From the IMG/VR virus record IMGVR_UViG_3300042673_000631, positions 1 through 52,123 of that record: a stretch of DNA of 52,123 bases; one strand, 5' to 3'. The notes under the pieces were generated by a model. It did not search any database and was not told the origin of the DNA. It worked only from the letters and a program-made list of their open reading frames with translations. The DNA comes from a virus. Lineage: Duplodnaviria; Caudoviricetes. The number at the start of each line of letters is the position of its first letter. Position 1 is the stretch's first letter. The position numbers were made by a program, and so were the translations under genes. Shown here piece by piece: positions 36,491 to 45,336 of this stretch.

Positions 36491-37555
36491 ATGAATAAGT
36501 CATTGGAAACTGTGTTGAAGGCTTTGGAGCAGGACGCTTTGGCGTTTTGTTCGGAGTCGGATTGGGCGATCGTTGTTGCTGAATGCGAGAGGGCTGGGAA
36601 TGTTCGTCGTATTTCTAAGTCGGCTCAGGTGATTTTGCAGAAGGCTATGTCTCGTTCGGAGGCTGGTCGGTTTGCGGCTGAACAACGGTGGAAGAATCAT
36701 CAGAAGCGGACTGCAACATATTCTGGTGTTGAACGAAACACTACTGATGAAAGTCGTAAGTGGAAATTTAGTACCGATAAACCGAGCCATTTGGATGAGG
36801 CTTCAAATAATGCTCGTTTGGAATCGTGGACTTCCGACAGTGAAGTTCCAGATCCTTCTGGTGATGGTTATTGGACTAAAGGTGATTGGAATTCAGATGA
36901 TCCTGATTACGGTCGTCGTTATTCTGATTACGACGAACTTAGTGGTCCTGAATCAAATGATGCTGGGATTGATTATCAACTAAGCGCACAGGCTAGAGAT
37001 GCTGGTATCAGTTTCGGTCCTAGGCGGAACCCTTTTCAAGATATGGAGCCTTTTTCTGATGAAGTTTTTAATGACATTAAAAGTGGTAAAACAACACCAA
37101 TCGCCACAGGTTTTGATGAAGTAAGAAAAGGTATTGACGAGGCTTTTGCAAAAATTCTTGAAGCAGAATCTGATCCGATTAAAGTAAAGAGTGCCATGAA
37201 AGTTAAAAGGAGACTTTTAACAAATATGGCTCAGCAAGGCAAGTTGGCTCAAGAGGCTCTTGAAGAATTGGTTTCAGCAAGTGATCCTAGACAGGCAATG
37301 AAAGAATTGAAAGCCGCAGGAGCGCACCTAAGTATTGAGGCTCGTCAAGCAAGGCTAAAGCAATTTGAGCGATATGAAAAGCCAGAAGCAAGCGTTACCA
37401 TTCGGGCGGCACTTAACCTTGAAAACGCAATAGTGGAAAAACTTTATGGCATTATTAGCGAACAGGCTTATGGTGTTGGCAAAAGGCTTGGAACTTTTAG
37501 GGGCGGTAATGGTCATTTTGATGTGGGCGGTGTCATAAATCCTGACGGGTACTGA
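36491..37555 (+). CDS. Tagged cargo protein 7: N-domain, tag, acidic region, helical domain
   Basis: ILQKAMSRSEAGRFAAEQRWKNH 36638-36700. Confidence 0.65.
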   Translation: MNKSLETVLKALEQDALAFCSESDWAIVVAECERAGNVRRISKSAQVILQKAMSRSEAGRFAAEQRWKNHQKRTATYSGVERNTTDESRKWKFSTDKPSHLDEASNNARLESWTSDSEVPDPSGDGYWTKGDWNSDDPDYGRRYSDYDELSGPESNDAGIDYQLSAQARDAGISFGPRRNPFQDMEPFSDEVFNDIKSGKTTPIATGFDEVRKGIDEAFAKILEAESDPIKVKSAMKVKRRLLTNMAQQGKLAQEALEELVSASDPRQAMKELKAAGAHLSIEARQARLKQFERYEKPEASVTIRAALNLENAIVEKLYGIISEQAYGVGKRLGTFRGGNGHFDVGGVINPDGY

Positions 37556-37646
37556 CGGCTTGGCAGATATTCAATAAATTTTGGCAAGTTGCCAACTTTC
37601 ACACAACCATCATGTAGTATCTCGTCAAGCCTAACGAGGAGGAAAC

Positions 37647-38306
37647 ATGGCAGACATGATGAAAGACTATGTGGAGGTTGCGGAGCGCATCCGTATTTTC
37701 CGTGAGAAGTACCCTGAGGGTTCATTGCAACCAATGAATCTGGAGAAGCCTTACGAGATCGTGACGGTCGGGGAGAAGACTTTCATTGTCTATTTCGCCG
37801 CCGCGTATCGTACTCCCGACGATCAGCGACCCGGCATTGGCAGTGCTTGGGAGCCAGTTCCCGGTGCGACCAGTTTCACCAGACTGTCCGAATTAATGGT
37901 GTGTGAAACTTCGGCTTGGGGACGCGCAATCGTTGCTGTTTTGGCGGCGGATGCGAAGAAGGTCGCCACGATTGACGAGGTTCGGAATCGTTCTGAGGCT
38001 CCTGCTCGTGCAGTTGCACCAAAGCCGACCGCCAAGGTTGTTGCTCCTAAGCCGTCTGGTGATGAACCTCAGACTTGGGTTCCACCTAAGCAGGTGATTG
38101 TTGAACCATCGGAAAAGAATGAGGCAAGCATCCATGCGATTGCTGAGTTGGCAAAACAGGCAGGTATTGCTTCCAAAGAGGAAATGCGGGACTACTGTTC
38201 AATGGTGATTGACCGTGAAATTGCTTCGTCGTTGGATTTGACGGCTGAAGATCGGGTAAAGGTCATTATGGCTCTTCGTGAACTGGCGATGGATCCCAAA
38301 GAGTGA
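37647..38306 (+). CDS. Putative single-strand annealing/recombination protein
   Basis: YVEVAERIRIFREKYPEG...ETSAWGRAI; GAGGAGG RBS; start of replication cluster. Confidence 0.6.
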   Translation: MADMMKDYVEVAERIRIFREKYPEGSLQPMNLEKPYEIVTVGEKTFIVYFAAAYRTPDDQRPGIGSAWEPVPGATSFTRLSELMVCETSAWGRAIVAVLAADAKKVATIDEVRNRSEAPARAVAPKPTAKVVAPKPSGDEPQTWVPPKQVIVEPSEKNEASIHAIAELAKQAGIASKEEMRDYCSMVIDREIASSLDLTAEDRVKVIMALRELAMDPKE

Positions 38307-39046
38307 GTATCAGGGTCATGTCGTCCATTTGGGAACTTGACCTGCCACCATCCGAGAAGTTAGTTCTCTTGGTCATTGCGGATCATGCCGATGATGATGG
38401 TGGTAACGCGTACCCCAGTGTGGCTCGTATTGCTCGTCGGGCTTCTATTTCGGAGCGTCAAACTCAACGGGTGATCCGTCAGTTATGCGAAGACGGGTTT
38501 CTGATTGTGGAGGATCGTTTGGGTGGTGGTGTGGATTGGCGGAGTGATCGTCGCCCGAATCGGTACCAGATTATCGGGGTGACATCAGCGTCATCTCGTG
38601 GTGGTCACGGGGTGACACCTGCGCTCAACGAGGTGACACTGAGGGACTCACGAGGTGACATACAGGGCACTCACGAGGTGACACCCATGTCACCCTATAC
38701 ATCCATAGAAACATCCATAGAACCATCCATAGAAATATCTTGTGCGGAATCGCTTTGTGAACTGTTGGCGGACTCGTGGGCTTCGTTAAGTTCTGGTGTA
38801 AAAAGACCGAAGGTGACAAAGGCTTGGATTGATGAGATGGATCGGATGATGCGACTTGATGGTCGTGATGCTGGTTTGGTTGAGGAGGTTTTGAGGTGGT
38901 TGCCATCTGACAGTTTTTGGTCGGTGAATGTTGGGTCGCCTGTGAAGTTGAGGAAGCATTTTGATCGGTTGATTTTGCAGATGCGAAAGACGGATCGTAG
39001 TAGTCGGTTTTCTGGTATTGAAGAATTTCTTAAGGAGGAATTGTGA
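38303..39046 (+). CDS. Replication initiator with N-terminal HTH (HTH_36-like)
   Basis: EKLVLLVIADHADDDG..AYPSV.RIA...SERQTQR; internal iterons; FWS.NV.SP.KLRKHFD. Confidence 0.8.
   Translation: MSIRVMSSIWELDLPPSEKLVLLVIADHADDDGGNAYPSVARIARRASISERQTQRVIRQLCEDGFLIVEDRLGGGVDWRSDRRPNRYQIIGVTSASSRGGHGVTPALNEVTLRDSRGDIQGTHEVTPMSPYTSIETSIEPSIEISCAESLCELLADSWASLSSGVKRPKVTKAWIDEMDRMMRLDGRDAGLVEEVLRWLPSDSFWSVNVGSPVKLRKHFDRLILQMRKTDRSSRFSGIEEFLKEEL
38576..38735 (+). repeat. Iteron array / probable replication origin
   Basis: GGTGACA at 38578, 38611, 38632, 38654, 38677, inverted copy 38688, then 3x CATCCATAGAA(A/C) at 38700-38735. Confidence 0.75.
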
Positions 39047-39507
39047 TTAGGACTGAGACAGCGAGCATTGTGGGTGTGTTGGTGGCTGGTTTTCCGAGTG
39101 TGAAGATGAGTCGGGAGACGGTTGAGGTTTGGCATCGTGCGTTGCATGATTTGCCGTTTGAGGATGTGAAGGTTGCTGTTGAGAAGTTGTTGATGACTTC
39201 GGAGTGGTTTCCGACGATTGCTTTGATTCGGAAAGCGACTTTGGATGCTATGGGGATGTTGCCTATGTCGGCGGATGAGGCGTGGGTTGAGATTCTGTGT
39301 GCTATCAAGGATCATGGTTTGGCTGGTTACCCTGAATTTTCGCCTCTCGTGCGTCAGGCTGTAGTGCAGGTGGGTTGGCGTGATATTTGCATGTCAACTC
39401 AACCTGAGGCGATTAGGAGGTCTTTCGTGAAGGCTTATGATGCGATCGCTTTGAAGCAGACCCATTTGGTTATGACCGCACCACTGGAGTTGACAATGGG
39501 GGGCTAG
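39043..39507 (+). CDS. Helicase loader/inhibitor (SPP1 G39P-like)
   Basis: VWHRALHDLPFE...FPTIALIR...ADEAW...VGWRDIC; follows initiator. Confidence 0.7.
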   Translation: MIRTETASIVGVLVAGFPSVKMSRETVEVWHRALHDLPFEDVKVAVEKLLMTSEWFPTIALIRKATLDAMGMLPMSADEAWVEILCAIKDHGLAGYPEFSPLVRQAVVQVGWRDICMSTQPEAIRRSFVKAYDAIALKQTHLVMTAPLELTMGG

Positions 39508-39582
39508 AAAATGTTTATCGGTGTTGAGGTGGTGTGCTGATTTTTTTGTGGCAGGATCTTGATCCGCCCAAATGGAGAGATC

Positions 39583-39714
39583 ATGTCACAAGAGCAGGTT
39601 GAAATTTTGTTGAAGTATTTGTCAAGGTTGACTCCACGGGGTCGTGAAGAGGAGAAGGAATTATTGTGGGTAATGCGCTCATTGAGGGTTACGAAAGTGT
39701 CAGCGACACGCTAA
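39583..39714 (+). CDS. Small hypothetical protein (not in ORF track)
   Basis: GGAGAG RBS; MSQEQVEILLKYLSRL... Confidence 0.45.
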   Translation: MSQEQVEILLKYLSRLTPRGREEEKELLWVMRSLRVTKVSATR

Positions 39715-39740
39715 AGTCTGCTCAACGAGAGGAGACTTTA

Positions 39741-39998
39741 GTGGAATTCGGAACTGTGAACATTGGTGTGAAAGCCGAAAATGAAGATGACTTGTTGAGG
39801 CAGTGCGGTTTATTGACTGACCAGATGCGAGATCATCAGTTGGCGATCAGCATGTTGAACGATCAGCGTCGGCGGATTGTTCGGCAATTGCGGTCGTTTC
39901 GTGTGCCGTATCGGAAAATTGCTAATTCGGCTGGAGTGTCGGATCAAGCGTTGTATGCAGATTTGCGTAAGCATCCAGTAGAGGAGACTGCCAAGTGA
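39741..39998 (+). CDS. HTH DNA-binding protein
   Basis: GAGGAG RBS; PYRKIANSAGVSDQALY. Confidence 0.65.
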   Translation: MEFGTVNIGVKAENEDDLLRQCGLLTDQMRDHQLAISMLNDQRRRIVRQLRSFRVPYRKIANSAGVSDQALYADLRKHPVEETAK

Positions 39999-40372
39999 AT
40001 AATTTGACCATTGTAGGGAACATGGTTGCCCAACCTGAAGTGCGATTCACTCCGAGCGGGGTTGCTCAAGCAACTTTTCGTGTGGGTGTCAATCGTCGTT
40101 TCCAGTCCGCTGGTGAGTGGAAATCTGAAGGGACATTCTTTACCTGTGTGGCTTGGGCTGAACTGGCTGAAGCGGTCGCAAATGTGAACAAGGGTGACCG
40201 TGTAATCGTTGTCGGTCGGATGGCTTGCCGTGAGTTTGAGTCCAACGGTGAGAAGCGCAAAGTTTGGGAAATCGCCGTTGAGGATCTTGGGCATAGTTTG
40301 AAGCCTTTGAAGTCGGCTAAGGCTCCAGAACAGGCTCGTGCTGTTGAATCTGAGGCTGAACAGCCGTTCTAA
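39995..40372 (+). CDS. ssb: Single-stranded DNA-binding protein
   Basis: TIVGN...PEVRFTPSG..A.FRVGVN...KGDRVIVVG; acidic C-term EQPF. Confidence 0.9.
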   Translation: MNNLTIVGNMVAQPEVRFTPSGVAQATFRVGVNRRFQSAGEWKSEGTFFTCVAWAELAEAVANVNKGDRVIVVGRMACREFESNGEKRKVWEIAVEDLGHSLKPLKSAKAPEQARAVESEAEQPF

Positions 40373-41121
40373 TGTGGTCGGATCTATCAACGAAAAAGTT
40401 GTTGACCCAAAACAGTGAACTTCGTCGTGTCGGTGTTTGGAATTGGACGCTCCCCGCGCATGTTGTGAAACTGAGCAATGGGGAGCGGTTCAATGTTTGC
40501 CCTAATGCTGGGGCGTGTGGGCGTGTGTGCTATGCGAAGATGGGGACTTACCTTTTTGGCAATGTTCGGGCACGACACATTTTAAATTTGGAGTATGTGT
40601 TGTACGGCGGTGACGCTTGGCAAGAGCATATGGCTGGCGAGATCGCTCATAAGCGAATGCGACCAACGGGGAAGGCTCACGATTTGCCTTTTGATTCTGG
40701 CGATCTTTGGTTATCCGATTGGATACATGGCGGTGGTCGGGCAGTTCGGATCCACGATGCTGGCGATTTCTTTTCGGTTGAATATTTGGGGCGGTGGATT
40801 TCGCTTGCTTGCATGTTTTCCGATGTGTTGTTTTACGCCTACACCAAAGAGGTCACGATGTTAAAAGGCGTGGTTTTGCCTGCCAATTTCCGTGTGGTGT
40901 TTTCGTTTGGCGGGCAAGAAGATGATGCGATTGATCGGTTGGTTGATCGTCACGCTGATGTGTTTCCGTCGCTGGCGGAGTTGGTCGGGGCGGGCTATTT
41001 TGACCAGAGTGACAACGATCTTTTGGCGGTGGTTGCCCCGTCGCACAAGATCGGGATTGTGGCAAATAACCTGCCTGTGGCTATCCGTAGGTTCGGCGGG
41101 AAAAAAATGTCAGAAATATAG
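40372..41121 (+). CDS. Gp88-family protein (Cys-rich, RIHDAGDF)
   Basis: CPNAGACGRVCYA, RIHDAGDFFS, FYAYTK. Confidence 0.7.
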   Translation: MWSDLSTKKLLTQNSELRRVGVWNWTLPAHVVKLSNGERFNVCPNAGACGRVCYAKMGTYLFGNVRARHILNLEYVLYGGDAWQEHMAGEIAHKRMRPTGKAHDLPFDSGDLWLSDWIHGGGRAVRIHDAGDFFSVEYLGRWISLACMFSDVLFYAYTKEVTMLKGVVLPANFRVVFSFGGQEDDAIDRLVDRHADVFPSLAELVGAGYFDQSDNDLLAVVAPSHKIGIVANNLPVAIRRFGGKKMSEI

Positions 41122-41127
41122 CCCAAT

Positions 41128-41160
41128 GACTTGACTTGGGTTTAGTCACAGGGTTAGTCT
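41128..41160 (+). promoter_or_regulatory. Repeated phage promoter copy 4
   Basis: GACTTGACTTGGGTTTAGTCACAGGGTTAGTCT. Confidence 0.75.
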
Positions 41161-41200
41161 TCTATTGACGGATGAGGGATCCGCAAGACAGGAGGGCAAA

Positions 41201-41713
41201 ATGACCGAAGCCACCAAAACCAACCAGCATGGGTTTCCAATTCAAACCTGTACACGATGCCACGGTTCGGGGCATCACTCATACAACCAAATTCACGGCA
41301 CGATGTGCTACGGGTGTGGCGGTGGAGGAGTTCAGATTGTCAAAAAAGCAAAGCCTGCATGGATTGCTTTTGTAGCAAACGCTAAGTCACTCAAAGAAAT
41401 TGTTGCACGAGACTTAAAAGTCGGTCAGGTTGCCTGCAAAAGTGGGGCGAAGATTAAAAAAGAGATTGTAGGCATTGAGGTGCTTCCAACCTATTCCAAG
41501 CCGTGGTCTGAAAGGCATACCGCTCAAGCAATTGCAGATGGCTATAAGCCTGAGCAGTGCTTTCAAATCTTCGCACCGATGATCGTCACCTTTGCTGATG
41601 GCACAACAGAAGAAACAGATGCGACATCAGTTTGGAAACCTGTTGTTACGCTCGCCGATCTAAATGCCGACTTCTACTTGGCTCAGATCCCACAACGAAA
41701 GGTAAAAAAATGA
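41201..41713 (+). CDS. Protein with DnaJ-like CxxCxGxG zinc finger
   Basis: GGAGGG RBS; CTRCHGSG...CYGCGGGG. Confidence 0.65.
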   Translation: MTEATKTNQHGFPIQTCTRCHGSGHHSYNQIHGTMCYGCGGGGVQIVKKAKPAWIAFVANAKSLKEIVARDLKVGQVACKSGAKIKKEIVGIEVLPTYSKPWSERHTAQAIADGYKPEQCFQIFAPMIVTFADGTTEETDATSVWKPVVTLADLNADFYLAQIPQRKVKK

Positions 41714-42159
41714 CCGCTCACCACCTAAAGTTCCGAAACATTCACCAAGATATTCAGCGAGCGTCTAAGCAGATGCGACAGGGTTGGGGATCGTTGACTG
41801 AACTGGAGCAGAAGTATCGGATCATTGAATGGGTTTCTGAAGCATGTCGGATTTATCAAATACCGCAACCCGATGTGATCTTTCAAGCCAACACGGATTT
41901 TTATAGGCATCGCAACTACGGATTGCTGGTTGGCGAGATCCATTTGTCTAAGCCGAGTGCTATCACTGCATGGCACGAGTTCCGCCATCACTGGCAGGCT
42001 TGCAAGCCTGATGCATGGTCTGGGGATGAGGAAATTGATGCTCGTAACTGGTCGCTGAGTTTGTTTCATTCGGTTGCACCACGAACGCTTCGGCGGTTGG
42101 CAACTGATGGGCGGGTCATTCACTTGGATGCGAACATGCAAAACAGGGCTGTTCGGTGA
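41710..42159 (+). CDS. Putative zinc metallopeptidase-like protein
   Basis: HEFRHHWQ...EEIDAR. Confidence 0.55.
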   Translation: MTAHHLKFRNIHQDIQRASKQMRQGWGSLTELEQKYRIIEWVSEACRIYQIPQPDVIFQANTDFYRHRNYGLLVGEIHLSKPSAITAWHEFRHHWQACKPDAWSGDEEIDARNWSLSLFHSVAPRTLRRLATDGRVIHLDANMQNRAVR

Positions 42160-42206
42160 CCGCACATTTTGGGTCGCAACAATCGTTTAAGAATCAGGAG
42201 GGAAAA

Positions 42207-42446
42207 ATGAGACTAAAAGGGTTGCAAGAATGGGAAGCGTTTCTCGCAGAGTTGAATCGCTTGAAAAAGTGTGAGGCTGAAGATCGTGATGGTGAGGTGT
42301 GGGATTTGGTTTGCAGTTATGCGAGCCTGCAAAACATTGAGCCGTATTTAGAACTTGAACAACAAATCAGCGGTGCCCGAAATGGCGTAGCGACTTGTCG
42401 TGCAAGAAAATGGGAAGACAAAAACTGGAGAGGATTGTACATATGA
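42207..42446 (+). CDS. Hypothetical protein
   Basis: GGAGGG RBS before ATG 42207. Confidence 0.55.
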   Translation: MRLKGLQEWEAFLAELNRLKKCEAEDRDGEVWDLVCSYASLQNIEPYLELEQQISGARNGVATCRARKWEDKNWRGLYI

Positions 42447-42793
42447 CAAAGACAAAGAAAGATTTGGTTCGGGAGCATCCCCGATATTTTTCAAAAGCCA
42501 ACAATAAATTCTTTGGCTCCAAAATTGAGTATGTCGGTGTTGCTGATGTAAATGGTGACGACTGGTTTGTCACGAGCGAGTACGACAAGTACGGGGCAAC
42601 GGGATACAAGCGTTTGTTTTCAGTTCGCCGAGCCAACGCCAACAAGCCCAGTGAGGTAGAAACGGTTGGAAAGTTTTGTGGCTACGACAATTTGCACGAT
42701 GCGATCACAGCATTGACAAAAGGTGTGGTTGAAGTCGCTTTATCATTTTTAGACAGAGTTTCAGTTGAAGAAAATTGGAGGGAGCAAGAATGA
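42443..42793 (+). CDS. Hypothetical protein
   Basis: ATGA overlap; YFSKANNKFFGSKI...FVTSE. Confidence 0.6.
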   Translation: MTKTKKDLVREHPRYFSKANNKFFGSKIEYVGVADVNGDDWFVTSEYDKYGATGYKRLFSVRRANANKPSEVETVGKFCGYDNLHDAITALTKGVVEVALSFLDRVSVEENWREQE

Positions 42794-43092
42794 GTGCAAT
42801 GAGAAATTTTGTGAAAGGGATGGGGCACTGCATTGCCCGTGTAAATCATCCCAATGGCGAGAGCCGTGTGTATGGTCCTTTCATTTCTGGCGAGTGGTGC
42901 ATTCGGTGGATGGATCACCAATATGAAACTGGTTTCAGTGGTGGATTCATTGTTGAGCCGTTGCGAACTCCTGATCGGGAGCGTGATGTTTCTGCGTGGT
43001 GGGATCCTGAATCAATTATGACGGACGAACATTTTGAGGCTGAGTTTGTGAACTGGGGGAAAGAATCTTTGGAAGTGTTCCCTCTGACTTGA
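42790..43092 (+). CDS. Hypothetical protein
   Basis: GGAG RBS, ATGA overlap. Confidence 0.55.
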   Translation: MSAMRNFVKGMGHCIARVNHPNGESRVYGPFISGEWCIRWMDHQYETGFSGGFIVEPLRTPDRERDVSAWWDPESIMTDEHFEAEFVNWGKESLEVFPLT

Positions 43093-43117
43093 CTGGGGTT
43101 TAGGATTGTGCAAGACT
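43086..43117 (+). promoter_or_regulatory. Repeated phage promoter copy 5
   Basis: GACTTGACTGGGGTTTAGGATTGTGCAAGACT. Confidence 0.8.
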
Positions 43118-43156
43118 TCTTGTACAGGGGAGAGGCTCCTGAGATTGGAGGTCAGA

Positions 43157-43360
43157 ATGGCTGTTCACAGCGGTTACAAGGCTCTGGAGGGGGTGTCGCT
43201 CGCCAAGTTGCTGGAATCTCACCAGACAGTTCAGGCTCTGCTCGCCAGTGCCATCGCCGAGGGTTCAAGTCTTCAAGCCAAGCGATTGCTTGAAAGTCTG
43301 GACGCGATCCTCGCCGAAGGTGCCGAGCGCAAAGTCTCCTTCTACAGCGAGTACCTGTGA
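43157..43360 (+). CDS. Small hypothetical protein
   Basis: GGAGG RBS before ATG 43157. Confidence 0.55.
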   Translation: MAVHSGYKALEGVSLAKLLESHQTVQALLASAIAEGSSLQAKRLLESLDAILAEGAERKVSFYSEYL

Positions 43361-43387
43361 CAAGAGCCACACTCAAAGTCTTCATAA

Positions 43388-43419
43388 GACTTGATCGGGG
43401 TTTAGTTTTGTGGAAGAAT
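43388..43419 (+). promoter_or_regulatory. Repeated phage promoter copy 6
   Basis: GACTTGATCGGGGTTTAGTTTTGTGGAAGAAT. Confidence 0.7.
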
Positions 43420-43460
43420 ACTTATGGAGGGAGAGAGGCTCCCACCAGAGAGGGGAAAAG

Positions 43461-44363
43461 ATGACACGGACATTCACCGCTGACTTATCCAAGTCGGCTC
43501 GTCGGGCACACCGTTCCCGCCAACAAGCCAAACTGGATGCCAACCGAACGCTCAGTAAGCGGACATTCGGCATTGAGATTGAGTATGTGGGGACTCCGCT
43601 CAAGCGTCAAGTAGCCGAAGCCCTGAGCCTCGCTCTGGGCGAACATGTCCATGTCACGGGCTACCACTCCACCACCTGCTTCACCTGCGGTCGCCACGAT
43701 GTGGGTTACGGTCAGTGGAAAGTCTGCCATGACGGTTCGCTTGGCGGTCGGGGTTCGGGTGCCGATTCCACCACTGGTGAGATTGTCTCCCCTGTCCTGA
43801 TCGGCGAAGAGGGCATTGACAAAGTGAAGATCGTGCTGGCAACACTCCGAGCGGTTGGTGCGAAAGCCTCCGCCAAGTGCGGGATTCACATCCACGCTGG
43901 TGCCAAAGACCTGACAGCCAACGGTCTACAGCGACTGGTCAAGAACTACGGTCAAGTGCAAGACGAGATTTACTCTTGGTTGCCGAGTCGCCGAGCCACT
44001 GGCACCTACTCGCCGAAACTGCGGACTCGGAGCCTTGACAGCCTCTACGCTGGTGTCAAGCACTACAAAGAGCAGGGCTACGATGGCGGTCTTGGCTCCA
44101 AGTACGCTGGCTTGAACATCAGCCCGCTCGCCCGAATCGGAACCGTGGAATTCCGAATGCACCAAGGTTCGGTGGACACCAACATCCTCGCTCCTTGGAT
44201 CCGATTCGTCATCGGCTTCGTGGATAGCCAAGTGGATGATGAGAACTTGGTAGGCACCACGATCCCCACCAACGAATCGGTCTTGACCTACTTGGTGGAT
44301 GGCAAGTACCTCCCCGCCAAGAGTGCCGAAAAAATCGCCCAGCGTGTCGGTCGCTGGAACTAA
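43461..44363 (+). CDS. Putative amidoligase (COOH-NH2 ligase type 2)
   Basis: TFGIEIE, HDGSL, EIVSPVL, CGIHIH, KYAGLN, TVEFRMHQG. Confidence 0.85.
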   Translation: MTRTFTADLSKSARRAHRSRQQAKLDANRTLSKRTFGIEIEYVGTPLKRQVAEALSLALGEHVHVTGYHSTTCFTCGRHDVGYGQWKVCHDGSLGGRGSGADSTTGEIVSPVLIGEEGIDKVKIVLATLRAVGAKASAKCGIHIHAGAKDLTANGLQRLVKNYGQVQDEIYSWLPSRRATGTYSPKLRTRSLDSLYAGVKHYKEQGYDGGLGSKYAGLNISPLARIGTVEFRMHQGSVDTNILAPWIRFVIGFVDSQVDDENLVGTTIPTNESVLTYLVDGKYLPAKSAEKIAQRVGRWN

Positions 44364-44380
44364 CAGGAAGGACACAGAAC

Positions 44381-45142
44381 ATGTGCGGAATCTCAGGATT
44401 CAGTCTCACCAAGTGCGACGCTAAGAAAATTGACAGCAGGATCCTTGCCAGTTGCCTCTTAAAAAACATTGAGCATCGTGGGCGACATGCCACGGGTGCA
44501 TCATGGACAGAGACAATGGATGAGGGTCTGATGTGGTGGTACACCAAGGCTCCGATCCCAGCATCGGAATTTGACGGTCACCTAGAACAGATGCCGAAGC
44601 ACACTCGCCGAGCATTGCTCCATGTACGGTACGCCACCACTGGCGATCCCGAAGATGAGAACAACAACCATCCGATCATCGTGCCCTCGTCATCGGGCGG
44701 ATCGGTCATCGGTGTTCACAACGGCATCATCAACAACTACCAGCAGATCATGGATGACATTGGTGCCGAATGGATTGGTGAGGTTGACTCTCAAGCCCTA
44801 TTCCACCTTGCTGGTACCGAAGACTTCACCAAAGAAATGTTCCGCCAAGTTCAAGGTTCAGCATCGGTTGCCTATGTTGACACTGCCGAACCGACCACGA
44901 TCAAACTGGTTCGCATGTCAATGCGACCCTTATGGATCGCCCAGACCGAAGACGGCTCAACACTTTGGTCATCAGAGAAAGATGCACTGCTGGATGCCAT
45001 GAGTGTGGTAGGACTTACAGCAGATTTTGTTATGGAGGTTCCCGAATGGACAATGGTTACTATCAACGATGCTCGTCTAGATTCCGTAGAGCAGATTGTT
45101 CGCCCTACAGCATTGAGTGGTCAGATGGTCATGTTTCGGTAG
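44381..45142 (+). CDS. Class II glutamine amidotransferase (Ntn)
   Basis: MCGI start, HRGRHATG, HVRYATTG, NNHP, HNGII, VDS. Confidence 0.85.
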   Translation: MCGISGFSLTKCDAKKIDSRILASCLLKNIEHRGRHATGASWTETMDEGLMWWYTKAPIPASEFDGHLEQMPKHTRRALLHVRYATTGDPEDENNNHPIIVPSSSGGSVIGVHNGIINNYQQIMDDIGAEWIGEVDSQALFHLAGTEDFTKEMFRQVQGSASVAYVDTAEPTTIKLVRMSMRPLWIAQTEDGSTLWSSEKDALLDAMSVVGLTADFVMEVPEWTMVTINDARLDSVEQIVRPTALSGQMVMFR

Positions 45143-45195
45143 GGCACACTCCCCGACGATTGCTTAAAGGGCTTGGGGACATTCAGTTCCCGCCC

Positions 45196-45336
45196 ATGTC
45201 GGTCAAAGAGATCAAGATTGAATTGGCAAGACGATGTGAAGCCTTGCTGAGTATTGACTGCCCAATATCGGAAGATGATCTTGAGTTTCTTGAATACTTG
45301 GCGAAGGTTGGGTTCATAGATTTCTATGTTGGATGA
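45196..45336 (+). CDS. Small hypothetical protein
   Basis: MSVKEIKIELARRCE...; fills gap before WhiB. Confidence 0.4.
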   Translation: MSVKEIKIELARRCEALLSIDCPISEDDLEFLEYLAKVGFIDFYVG

